Assembly: GCF_031769215.1 (NCBI RefSeq)
Contig: NW_026781965.1
Location: forward strand, 248,001-312,000
DNA: 64,000 nucleotides
Direction: 5' to 3'
Source: Ylistrum balloti
Lineage: Eukaryota
Shown: positions 38,701 through 49,339 of the stretch, in pieces
Layout of the letters: each line of letters opens with the position of its first letter
Numbering within the stretch: the first letter of the stretch is position 1
Notes under the pieces: generated by a model
Databases searched by the model: none
What the model was told of the DNA's origin: nothing
Seen by the model: only the letters and a program-made list of their open reading frames with translations
Position numbers and translations under genes: made by a program

Positions 38701-40733
38701 ACCCCCAGTCCAAGGTAACTTTACAGTGACCATCTAAAGAATCTGAAGAAAAAACCTACCACAACAGACAGATCTTCATGGTGGAATATTTTGCCAGGAA
38801 TGCCGTCATCTTTGAGCTCGTTGTGTCTGCAGTTGAGCGTGCGTAGTGCTGGCAAAGACCCCAAACTATTTCCAAGGCCCTCTAGCTCATTATGCATGAT
38901 GGTCAGGTGCTCCTACAAATAGTGATAGTAATTACCACAAAAAGTCTAATCTGATAATCAATATAATTCACCATTCTCATTAAAATAATCCTATAAGATA
39001 CCCCCTTGTGTTGCCATCCTTTTGTTGTCTAATATCTGGTCAATGCTCTTCAAAATCAAGGGTGACTAGGTGCTTTAAAGGGTTACCAAATAAAAAGACC
39101 TTATAATCAATTAAATTGTATTATTACATATGTATACAATAAGACAATGTCCTGTGTTATGCTAGACAACACTGAGCCCAATATGTATTTCAAGACCAAT
39201 TGCTTTACAATGAAATTGAACTATACTTTGTTTTCAAAAGATTTTCAGATTAGTAAAAGAAAACAAAACTAAAAGTACCTCTTTCATTGTTTAATTCTTA
39301 ATCCTTATTCATTTTACATGAACACTGTACAAGTTTACCTGTAAAACTTTCAATAATAAATCTGAGCATCATCTGTATAATGGTATCATGGATAGTTGCA
39401 CATATCTACCAAATGAAGTTAGAGCTACATAAGTACAAAATCTTAAGCACCCATGAAGACACATTAAAGTTAAGCATAACTACTTTCCTATGTTTATTCC
39501 TATAACATAAGAAACTACTAGTGGATTTACTATCCAACATTATTATACTAATAGTAGCCACTACCAGCTGGCCTTTTTCTTATCAAACATCATTATACCA
39601 ATTGTAGCCACTTATCTACAGATGACAGTCAAAAATATCAATCAATTTTAAAACTTGTAACATTATCCAAGTTTCACTATACATTTATGTAGTATCCATG
39701 TAAACACTGGTACACCCAGCTAACATAAATGTACAGTTACAGATACTTGGATAATATAATGATATGTATCCCGAAAATTTCATAGGGCAGATAATATGAC
39801 AGTGGCCTGCTTTATACTCCTGTCATACTTACCAGCTTTTTCAGCTTGCTAATTTCCTCTGGCATCTCTTTCAGGTTTGTTTTGTTCAGGCGTAGCCATC
39901 TTAATCCTGACATATCACCAACTTGGCATGGAAAATAATCCCCATCATGTCCCTGTTGAATTAAATTTTCAAAATATTTGGGTATTTTTATCATTTCTTG
40001 CATGTCATCAACTGATATAAGTTATATGATATCCAGTCACATACATACAACTCTTGAAATTAATTGCCAGCAGATCTGGTAATTACCAACACCTTTGATA
40101 TTTTTAATGTAATTTTTCTTCTTTTCCCCCCAGAAAATGAATGCTGTTTCTTACTTGCAATAAAAAACAACCCTCCTTCATCAATATACAAAAGTAAAAC
40201 GTATGATAAATACAATAACGCACTACTATAGTCACCACACCAAATCATAGGGGACTGTCTAAATGAGTCAATTACTTCTTAACTGTAACTGAGCATGGGG
40301 TTCAGAATGTATCTTTATGAGTATATTGTTCGGTGAATGCATATATACATTCCCGAAACCAAAGTCAAACTAGGCAATAGGATGTCAACTCATCCAGACA
40401 TAACTCTATGACCAGTCAAGTATATAAAAACTCATGACTTAAACCATAAATGTCAACAGATTTACTTCATAAATCGAATGCCAAAGACTTATTTGCAGTA
40501 AAATAATATGACTTCCGCTGTTTGGAGCCAAGAGCCATTTCTTCGAAAGCAGTAGGTATAAGGGGTTACTCCAGCACATATCTTTCAATGATATTCCAAT
40601 TATCACACCTTTATGGTGAAACGGCACTTTTGCAACAGTGCGAAATAATGCTTCGTCTTTAAATACGTACATAAAAATCATTTCTTGAAAAATCAACTCC
40701 CCGCACGAACGGCAGGACACCCGTGGCCGCCAT
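17741..40733 (-). CDS. FLII: Protein flightless-1 homolog (LRR + gelsolin repeats), complete, 35 exons, 3729 nt / 1242 aa
   Basis: Exons 40671-40733, 39833-39952, 38760-38912, 38301-38386, 38120-38196, 37681-37765, 36970-37073, 36513-36629, 36303-36361, 35688-35845, 35443-35527, 35141-35294, 34677-34756, 34082-34161, 32371-32453, 31458-31508, 30997-31109, 29667-29852, 29353-29409, 28839-28954, 28533-28659, 27269-27350, 26701-26788, 26466-26579, 25896-26004, 24594-24677, 24336-24432, 23797-23986, 23179-23395, 22773-22810, 21405-21528, 21101-21190, 19546-19638, 18668-18781, 17741-17875. The model starts [15 protein letters not shown] and contains [59 protein letters not shown]. It ends [14 protein letters not shown]. 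All phases close. Confidence 0.97.
18330..18645. repeat. 57 bp tandem repeat (~5.5 copies), last FLII intron
   Basis: tatcactagctacctacccttgaggactagttgtaatgaagggatcaacatctctga at 18361, 18418, 18475 and onward. Confidence 0.9.
21660..22570. repeat. 38 bp tandem repeat (~24 copies), FLII intron
   Basis: gttgtgtgtgattatcttaccttgatatagtgtacaaa, period 38. Confidence 0.95.
23455..23800. repeat. 110-118 bp tandem repeat (~3 copies) starting at a FLII exon end
   Basis: tgtctgagatacct ends at 23798, 23680 and 23570. Confidence 0.85.
24728..25522. mobile_element. Non-autonomous Helentron-like element with internal degenerate ~160 bp units (FLII intron)
   Basis: Starts aacaagaggcccataaggcctgtattgctcacctg and ends ...gctcaccagtcctttagaccaggtaaatta. 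Same family as 8690-9300, in the opposite orientation. Confidence 0.6.
25745..25915. repeat. Degenerate ~24 bp tandem repeat (~7 copies) starting inside a FLII exon end
   Basis: Minus-strand units aggggacatgacctcaaggtaata / caaggggcacaaccttatggtaata and similar. Confidence 0.65.
27620..28575. repeat. 65 bp tandem repeat (~14 copies) that includes the 3' end of a FLII exon
   Basis: tagctaaagcacctaaaacc recurs at 27721, 27786 and 27851. The last copy is the coding exon end (28533-28575). Confidence 0.95.
31776..32110. mobile_element. Short Helentron/HINE-like relic
   Basis: Starts aacaagag... and ends in the hairpin gctctccctgaaacttttcggggagcataaaaa, which resembles the end of the 550-945 element. 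Confidence 0.4.
32695..33950. repeat. 40 bp tandem repeat (~31 copies), FLII intron
   Basis: tctagatacctacaaatcttaggtcagatcatagacaaag, period 40, with a cattgtg/caaagtc variant. Confidence 0.95.
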
Positions 40734-40810
40734 TGTTATTTTTTCCAACTAACGGCTCGTTCGATTCGCATAACTTGTAAGATGACACTTTCCGGAAGCC
40801 TTGAGGTTTG
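40734..40810. promoter_or_regulatory. FLII promoter-proximal region with ETS-type site
   Basis: CpG-rich stretch immediately upstream of the FLII ATG; palindromic TTCCGGAA at 40790-40797. Confidence 0.45.
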
Positions 40811-41948
40811 GCGTTACTATTACATATAGTTTCATTGTTTATTACAAAGTTGTGTAATAATACATTATATCTAATTCAACCAGCTTTCTTTTTTATAGGG
40901 AGTGGCATGGTCTATTGGCAAATCCGAGTAATGACATTTAAATGACAAATATTAAAGGGAGATAACTAATGAAATTCTGCCAATATTTCTTAACGTATTA
41001 ATCAGTTTTTACCCTATCAATCTTTTTTTCCTGTTGAGCATTTTTATTACATAACAGCATCTTGTGGACTGTATATATTTATTTCTCACATATGCATAAT
41101 AAGACACCTCAAGTACACTTACATTTACTCACATCCTCCTCCTCCTCCTCCTCATCATCATCATCACATTTATTTATAATAAATGCCAATTCCATGCTTT
41201 GAATGTCAGTTGGTTTTAGTTGAAGATGAAATGTATAGTAAATATGTGCGATTGTGTATGATATACGAATATTGTTATTTTCCTACAGTTTTGTGATGCC
41301 TCTTTAACATGTATCTACATATTTATAATTTAACACAGGGCATGTTGTTTCTGGAGGAAACAACTAAGTTATGGAGTCTTTGAGACAAGTAGATGGAGCT
41401 GGAGTGTAAATGTATTTGAGATTTAAAGGTCAACAGGGCAGAATGACACCTATTATAAACATGTAATGTTTAGGTCTTTATCCATGGACTTAGATACAGA
41501 TGTCTGGACTTACATATAGATGGCTTGACTTAAGATATAGATGGCTGGACATAGATATAGATGACAGGACTTAGATATAAATGGCAGGACTTAGATATAG
41601 ATGGCAGACTTAGATATAGATGGCTGGACATAGATATAGATGACAGACTTACATATAGATGGCTTGACTTAAGATATAGATGACAGGACTTGGAAATAGA
41701 TGGCAGGACTTGGATGTAGATAGCTGGACATAGATATAGATGGCTGGACACAGATATAGATGGATTTGGATATAGATGGCTAGACTTTGTCTTGGATCTT
41801 AGTCTTTCTACTTCATCAGATTTGTAATTCACTTTCTGGCTTACCCAATCAGGGTATCCACATGTTTTCATGGTGCTATGGATGTACCCCTGGGACAGGT
41901 CATGGCAAAGTTGAAGATTACATGTGCAACACCTCGTGGACAAGATGA
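40782..41948 (+). CDS. Hypothetical 82 aa spliced ORF divergent from FLII
   Basis: Putative exons 40782-40805, 40899-40927, 41339-41405 and 41820-41948 join in frame: MTLSGSLEGVAWSIGKSEACCFWRKQLSYGVFETSRWSWSICNSLSGLPNQGIHMFSWCYGCTPGTGHGKVEDYMCNTSWTR*. The acceptors are good and the first donor (GAG|gtttgg) is weak. No homology recognised. Confidence 0.3.
41485..41790. repeat. ~20 bp tandem repeat (~14 copies)
   Basis: ggacttagatatagatggct / ggacatagatatagatgaca. Confidence 0.9.
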
Positions 41949-42612
41949 AAAGACTAGTTAGATCTTTTGTTGTACATCAAACGAATCTTAGGGTCGCATA
42001 ATGATATATTGTAATGGCTTTGGAGTTGGGTGTCGCTCCATTGTAATCTTCAGAAAGAATGTATCAGTCTGTGATTGGTCAATTTTTTTTCCTGGAACCA
42101 ATCAAATTACTTCACTTGCACCTTCAAAGAGAGCGAAAGTGAAGGATGGTGATATTACCAACCTGAGGAAAATGTTTCGAAATGTTCTATTGAGTCTCTC
42201 TCTCCTTGTGTATACATGTGATACAATATATGGACTGTTGGTGGGGAATTCGTGCCAAGTCCCTGTGGTCATACGGAATTCCTTTCTTAAGACAAATGAT
42301 ACTGATAAAATGGGTTGTAAATCATGATTTATACATGCGCCGATATATGGTGCGATGTATAGCTACTCTCAGTTTATGAATTTATCACTGGTTATCAATC
42401 ATATTAGAACGAAACTGATAAATGTACAAATGTAATTAACAAGTATTTGTATCCAAAGGGTTAAAGTACATGTGTTCTCGGGAACATCTATCTAAGCCCA
42501 TGGAATAATCAAATTCATTTTATTTGTTACTAGCGATAAAAAGAGTTTATAAAACAGATCTGAATGGACTCTCCTGTGTGCTTCAAATATCTCTTTTTGT
42601 CCCTATTGTAGT

Positions 42613-45165
42613 ATTGTGTGTACACTATAATGACCAGTTATACCAGGATTACTGATTGTGTGTACACCATAATGACCAGTTATACCAGGATTACTGATTG
42701 TGTGTACACTATAATGACCAGTTATACCAGGACTACTGATTGTGTGTACACTATAATGACCAGTTATACCAGGACTACTGATTGTGTGTACACTATAATG
42801 ACCAGTTATACCAGGACTACTGATTGTGTGTACACTATAATGACCAGTTATACCAGGACTACTGATTGTGTGTACACTATAATGACCAGTTATACCAGGA
42901 CTACTGATTGTGTGTACACTATAATGACCAGTTATACCAGGATTACTGATTGTGTGTACAATATAATGACCACTGGTTGTGTGTTATACCAGGATTACTG
43001 ATTGTGTGTACACTATAATGACCAGTTATACCAGGATTACTGATTGTGTGTACACTATAATGACCAGGACTACTGATTGTGTGTACACTATAATGACCAG
43101 TTATACCAGGACTACTGATTGTGTGTACACTATAATGACCAGTTATACCAGGACTACTGATTGTGTGTACACTATAATGACCAGTTATACCAGGACTACT
43201 GATTGTGTGTACACTATAATGACCAGTTATACCAGGACTACTGATTGTGTGTACACTATAATGACCAGTTATACCAGGACTACTGATTGTGTGTACACTA
43301 TAATGACCAGTTATACCAGGACTACTGATTGTGTGTACACTATAATGACCAGTTATACCAGGACTACTGATTGTGTGTACACTATAATGACCAGTTATAC
43401 CAGGACTACTGATTGTGTGTACACTATAATGACCAGGATTACTGATTGTGTGTACACTATAATGACCAGTTATACCAGGACTACTGATTGTGTGTACACT
43501 ATAATGACCAGTTATACCAGGATTACTGATTGTGTGTACACTATAATGACCAGTTATACCAGGATTACTGATTGTGTGTACACTATAATGACCAGTTATA
43601 CCAGGATTACTGATTGTGTGTACACTATAATGACCAGTTATACCAGGACTACTGATTGTGTGTACACTATAATGACCAGGATTACTGATTGTGTGTACAC
43701 TATAATGACCAGTTATACCAGGACTACTGATTGTGTGTACACTATAATGACCAGTTATACCAGGATTACTGATTGTGTGTACACTATAATGACCAGTTAT
43801 ACCAGGATTACTGATTGTGTGTACACTATAATGACCAGTTATACCAGGATTACTGATTGTGTGTACACTATAATGACCAGTTATACCAGGATTACTGATT
43901 GTGTGTACACTATAATGACCAGGACTACTGATTGTGTGTACACTATAATAACCAGGATTACTGATTGTGTGTACACTATAATGACCAGTTATACCAGGAT
44001 TACTGATTGTGTGTACACTATAATGACCAGGATTACTGATTGTGTGTACACTATAATGACCAGGATTACTGATTGTGTGTACACTATAATGACCAGGACT
44101 ACTGATTGTGTGTACACTATAATGACCAGTTATACCAGGATTACTGATTGTGTGTACACTATAATGACCAGTTATACCAGGATTACTGATTGTGTGTACA
44201 CTATAATAACCAGGATTACTGATTGTGTGTACACTATAATGACCAGGACTACTGATTGTGTGTACACTATAATAACCAGGATTACTGATTGTGTGTACAC
44301 TATAATGACCAGGACTACTGATTGTGTGTACACTATAATAACCAGGATTACTGATTGTGTGTACACTATAATGACCAGGATTACTGATTGTGTGTACACT
44401 ATAATGACCAGTTATACCAGGATTACTGATTGTGTGTACACTATAATGACCAGTTATACCAGGATTACTGATTGTGTGTACACTATAATGACCAGGATTA
44501 CTGATTGTGTGTACACTATAATAACCAGGATTACTGATTGTGTGTACACTATAATGACCAGTTATACCAGGATTACTGATTGTGTGTACACTATAATGAC
44601 CAGGATTACTGATTGTGTGTACACTATAATGACCAGGACTACTGATTGTGTGTACACTATAATGACCAGTTATACCAGGATTACTGATTGTGTGTACACT
44701 ATAATGACCAGTTATACCAGGATTACTGATTGTGTGTACACTATAATGACCAGGATTACTGATTGTGTGTACACTATAATGACCAGTTATACCAGGATTA
44801 CTGATTGTGTGTACACTATAATGACCAGTTATACCAGGACTACTGATTGTGTGTACACTATAATGACCAGTTATACCAGGACTACTGATTGTGTGTACAC
44901 TATAATGACCAGTTATACCAGGATTACTGATTGTGTGTACACTATAATGACCAGGATTACTGATTGTGTGTACACTATAATGACCAGGATTACTGATTGT
45001 GTGTACACTATAATGACCAGGATTACTGATTGTGTGTACACTATAATGACCAGTTATACCAGGATTACCTATTGTGTGTACACTATACTGACCAATTATA
45101 CCACAATTACTGATTGTTTGTACACTATACTGACCAATTATACCACAATTACTGATTGTGTATAG
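42613..45165. repeat. Minisatellite of interspersed 42 bp and 33 bp units (~65 units)
   Basis: tgattgtgtgtacactataatgaccag[ttataccag]ga(t/c)tac. Confidence 0.97.
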
Positions 45166-45593
45166 TGATGACAAAGGTCATACTAGGACAACTGATTGTA
45201 TTATCAAAAGTGACAACAAAAACGCAAAAAAACATGATGTTTTCTTTTTAATATTCCCGTAACACAAGACACCTCACACCAACAAAGCTGTGTAATAAAT
45301 AAATATATAAATAAATATTTATGATCTAGTTATGTTTGAGCAAATAGTGTGAGTCTAGAGGAGACTACAGACTAATGATACACTTAAGAACATTGCTGGC
45401 AGAAGGAACTGACAACCAAAATACTGTTAACTTGTCATTAAAAATGACAATATCTATATCACAGTTACTGAGCAAATAAATAACAAAACTAATTATATCA
45501 CTACTTAAAAAACTGTAAACAGTATTGTATACTGATTTCATGAAATCCTTTGAGATTCTAAGTTACAGGACAGCACCAAACATATTTCCTCCC

Positions 45594-45759
45594 TCACATT
45601 ATTACCTTTTCTGCATCACCTTGCTGTGCCTGACAACAATTTTTTTCTAGAACCTCCCTCCCATAGTTAGTACTTAAACCCTCGCAGAGGTCCCTCACAC
45701 ACTTTGTAGATTTCCTAACCTTATTACTAAAACTATTGCACCACAACTTTTCAAGTGGG
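45594..45759 (-). CDS. Weak candidate exon H
   Basis: Acceptor atctcttttgag|C (rare GAG type), phase 2; reads PLEKLWCNSFSNKVRKSTKCVRDLCEG...QAQQGDAEKVIM*. An internal AAG|gtaata donor means it could instead be an internal exon. Confidence 0.3.
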
Positions 45760-45959
45760 CTCAAAAGAGATTTAAAGTTTAAATAATGAAAATTTGAAAT
45801 AAATAAATAATGATAATAAAAAAAACTAATCATTATTAATACTAGTGATAAACATTTAAACCAGTATGACATATATATAGCCGAAAAATTGTTTGACATC
45901 TAATGATATAAATCTAGAAGAGTCTTTCCCGTTGGTTTTCTGCCTTCCTATACTTTCTC

Positions 45960-46122
45960 TCAGGTTCCTTCACTCTCGACATCACCAAAACATGTAAACA
46001 TGATAACTGATAAAAAAAAGTAATTGAATAACAAAGCAAGAATGCCACCAAAATATTGGATACTTAAACACAAAATGTGCAGGTGTATAAATAGCATTAG
46101 CTTTCGATATATATTTGTGAAA
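45960..46122 (-). CDS. Weak candidate alternative terminal exon G (hydrophobic tail)
   Basis: Strong acceptor tgtgtttctgttttatag|T, phase 2; reads FTNIYRKLMLFIHLHILCLSIQYFGGILALLFNYFFLSVIMFTCFGDVESEGT*. Confidence 0.3.
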
Positions 46123-46375
46123 CTATAAAACAGAAACACAACAGCAAGTGACAGCATATACCTTAATACTGATAAAACATGGGAATACAGTGAGTTGAAC
46201 AGGGTTTTTTTTTTTTTTGTGTAAATGTAGAAAAAGTGACAAATCTTTTCGGTTCATCTGTGATAATTTGAAAATGAGAATAAAAGCTCTGCTCTAATAC
46301 TGTATAAAAAGTAGGCAAGATTTGTTTGTTTTGTGGTGCCTATATCTCTATGGTCAACAAATTGTCTGATGAAGC

Positions 46376-46577
46376 CTATCTCTTTGGGGACAGCACACGG
46401 ACTTGCTGTAAGTCTTGGAAGCTGGTTGGTTTGCCAGTGGTGGAGAGGGGAGTGACCAATCCTATGTGGAACAGCTGTCGGCGCAGGTTGTGCCAGGTGC
46501 TGTCTAACAGAGGGCCGTTACGACTGTGATCATACTGCCTTTTGTCTCTTTCTGTCCCCATCCAATTGCTCTTATTC
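46376..46577 (-). CDS. Candidate alternative terminal exon F
   Basis: Acceptor aaaccacatacag|G, phase 2; GC-richer, coding-like sequence reading NKSNWMGTERDKRQYDHSRNGPLLDSTWHNLRRQLFHIGLV...FQDLQQVRVLSPKR*. Confidence 0.55.
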
Positions 46578-46627
46578 CTGTATGTGGTTTCAAAAGTTCA
46601 TAATTGAATTTACCACGTTTCTTCTAT

Positions 46628-46820
46628 TCATGCTAACTGCATGTCTAATTTAATGCAATATGCTGAGAATTCTAAAACAACAGATGATTTGGACATGCTT
46701 AAATATAACGGATTAGTATATAACCAGAACAAACATATTAGTAAAAAGGAGGTAATGCTTATGAGATACAAAAATATGGTATGGACATTTCTAGGGGTTT
46801 TTTCCTTCATATGCTTAAAC
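46628..46820 (-). CDS. Weak candidate alternative terminal exon E (hydrophobic tail)
   Basis: Acceptor tatttttatgtatcatccag|G, phase 2; 64 open codons, FKHMKEKTPRNVHTIFLYLISITSFLLICLFWLY...DMQLA*. It lacks the shared motif. Confidence 0.3.
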
Positions 46821-46937
46821 CTGGATGATACATAAAAATATCAACAACAAAAACATGTATATATATTTTTTGGTTTTTAAACTTAAATAAGTGACCGATT
46901 TCCATCATTTCAAGGCATTTCCTTGACAGCAATAACC

Positions 46938-47097
46938 CTAGACTTTGAAGTGTGGTTTTCGAGGAGGAAGTTCTCTTTGAAGTGATTTGTTAAGATAGCC
47001 TTGAGGATGTAGTAATGGGTAAACTTTATCCTCGGGATTGTTGTCGGCTTTCCTATGATAAATTCTGTGCATTGTAGGTTCCAACATATCACCAGAA
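46938..47097 (-). CDS. Candidate alternative terminal exon D
   Basis: Acceptor gtatgtgtttcag|T, phase 2; reads SGDMLEPTMHRIYHRKADNNPEDKVYPLLHPQGYLNKSLQRELPPRKPHFKV*. Confidence 0.6.
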
Positions 47098-47320
47098 CTG
47101 AAACACATACCGGTAATCTACGGTGAGTTTCAAAGAGAAGGTTAAGTTATAATTTTCTACTCTAAACAACAAGCTGAAAGTACAAGCGCATTTATTTCAA
47201 TTGCAACAGACATTAAAACAGGAAAACGAACAAGAGGCAAAACAGTCACACTCCCCAACCAGCTTCCAACTGTACATATATTGCTGCTGTCTGTACTAGT
47301 TGCTGACAGCTTACTATACT

Positions 47321-47444
47321 TTAACTTAAGTGGAATATTTTGTATGTGTGCTCAATGATTCGATATCTATGTCCAATAATCAAACCTGACCAATTTACAG
47401 CTATTGATGGTAACATTGCAGAGCAGTGATCAACAATATACTCA
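47321..47444 (-). CDS. Candidate alternative terminal exon C
   Basis: Strong acceptor tttttttttcttcgatcag|T, phase 2; reads EYIVDHCSAMLPSIAVNWSGLIIGHRYRIIEHTYKIFHLS*. There is an AATAAA about 125 nt downstream (47191-47196). Confidence 0.5.
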
Positions 47445-47630
47445 CTGATCGAAGAAAAAAAAAATATTAGTAACACTCTGTGTATTCCCACAATTGCACA
47501 CAAACAATAGAAGACAATACTATTTTACAGATGTAGCACCCAATATGATATCACCATTTAATGGACCAACAAACCTCAGAGTATAAATAACGATTATAGA
47601 AACAAGAAAACAATAAACAAAAAAAGTCTA

Positions 47631-47808
47631 TTAAAATTCATAAGGATGTAAAATTTTGTAAACTTGATCCCTCTCTATGTTTAATTTGCGTTGTTTCCTT
47701 TTCTTTAGAGAATCAGATTTCTGTTCCTGAGAGTTAGCAAGCTTCCTTGTTGAAAATTCATGCAGGAAGTTGTTCGGAACTGCATTTGTGTCGTGAAAAG
47801 ATTTTTCC
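47631..47808 (-). CDS. Candidate alternative terminal exon B
   Basis: Strong acceptor tttctaccgtcttctttcag|G, phase 2; reads EKSFHDTNAVPNNFLHEF...KKRKQRKLNIERDQVYKILHPYEF*. Confidence 0.6.
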
Positions 47809-48026
47809 CTGAAAGAAGACGGTAGAAATTTCTTTGGATTTTCCTTGCAAACGAACAAAGGATACTTCAAAATTGTTTGGTAAACTATATCCACTTGAAC
47901 ACAGACATAGATTACAGCACATTGATAGATATAGAAACATCACAGATTCAAGGAAGATAGGCACACATGATTGATGATCTTGTACTGCCATGGATGAGAT
48001 ACACCAGAGATCCAAACACTGTTAAA

Positions 48027-48273
48027 TCACGGTGGAGTTTCCGATAAAACTTGCACATGAAATTCTCCATTAACTCGACGAGCAATATCGTATCTTTCTT
48101 GCATGGCATTCATTTTTCTATTAGTCCGGTTGCTGTCATTAGTGTAATCGCAGTTATCTTTTCCTGGATAAATCACAGGATAAGCCCTATCAACATGGGG
48201 TGCCATGTTTTCTCGATTTCGATAACGATTGTTAAAACCTTCTTTGTTGACTCGAAACATTTCAAGAACTGGC
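48027..48273 (-). CDS. Candidate terminal exon A of the uncharacterised gene (gives a 196 aa product)
   Basis: Acceptor tgtgtttacaaattgcag|G, phase 2; reads PVLEMFRVNKEG...HVDRAYPVIYPGKD...FHVQVLSETPP*. Confidence 0.7.
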
Positions 48274-49339
48274 CTGCAATTTGTAAACACAGAAAAAAAC
48301 CAATTAAAGCTTGACACTTGCCTTTACCAATACAGGTTAGTTGTTATTATTAAATATTATACAGACAAGCAACTGGTAATCACATCAAACCAATTGTTTA
48401 AGGGGCACACCATAACACTGCATAGTCTTCATGCTCACAAACGTTAGAAGCATGGTCAGCATTTCTAATATTTAATGTTAAAACCTGGTAAGTAAAGAAG
48501 TTAATAGTATAAAGGTTAACCCATGGGATCAGAATGTATATAACAATCCATAAATATACCCAAACCATTGGAAAAAAAACAACCTATTCCTTATGTGAAT
48601 TTCAAAGAAAACATTAGAATTCTTCTTGAAATGCTTTGAGTACCTTAGTAAATATCTTAGTGTGTATCTCATCCAATACAGTGAATTCCATCAACAAATC
48701 CTAATGCTAATAGATAGAACAATGAATTAAGTCTGAAGCAATATGTGTGCTATTTTCAGAGACATGAAATGAAGATAATTCTGAAAAATGGACAATTAAA
48801 AAAATGTATTAAAGTTTCATTTCAACAAAGATATATAATAGATCAATCAGACAACCACCATCAATGTTGTACTGCTTATATTGTTTATTTTAGGTAGCTT
48901 CTCTGTTGGTGCTGGAATAATTCTACAACCCGTCTTTACTTCAGTACAACAAACCCCTACAGATAAAGGAATGTTAGTGTAGAACTAGTCAAGCTGTGAT
49001 AGAAAGGATACAGTGGCTAATAAGTCATAGAAATGTATAATGATGACGTCATTGTGATTAATTAGTGATCCTGATGTAGACTTTATATCATTAGTGTCAC
49101 ATTGTGCACAAACTTATCGTCGGCCCTAAAATCATGAAATTGCACTAACGCTTACTTATTCATCTGTAGCCAACGATGACAAAAACTTAGTTTTAGAATT
49201 TCTTACTTCATGATTTTGATAGAAAAATTTGTTAACTGCCTACCTAGAAATGTCAGCCATAAGGTGTACTTGTAAAACAAATTGTGAGCAAACAACTACA
49301 ATAGGTACTCATCATGCTTCATGAAATTAGCTGAGAGAG

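Noticed and set aside
41840-41943. TMKTCGYPDWV resembling a Penelope-type RT C-terminal motif, or a minus-strand exon ending TGG|gtaagc
   Set aside because: No RT or GIY-YIG sequence in the flanking frames, and no partner exons could be chained.
42017-42290. Frame with several TGA codons readable as Trp (NUMT or recoding idea)
   Set aside because: No similarity to a mitochondrial protein that I recognise; it is an alternate frame of another ORF and ends in TAA.
42943-45174. 728 aa and 743 aa ORFs
   Set aside because: They are pure translations of the 33/42 bp minisatellite; open frames follow from the unit lengths. No unique domain.
49035-49080. ATGATGA...CTGA box C/D-like pair (also near 60072)
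   Set aside because: Spacing is too short for a snoRNA and there is no terminal stem.
48330-49330. Further acceptors between the constant exons and exon A (near 48956, 48700, 48484, 49330)
   Set aside because: In phase 2 they hit a stop within 0-4 codons, so they are not counted as array members.
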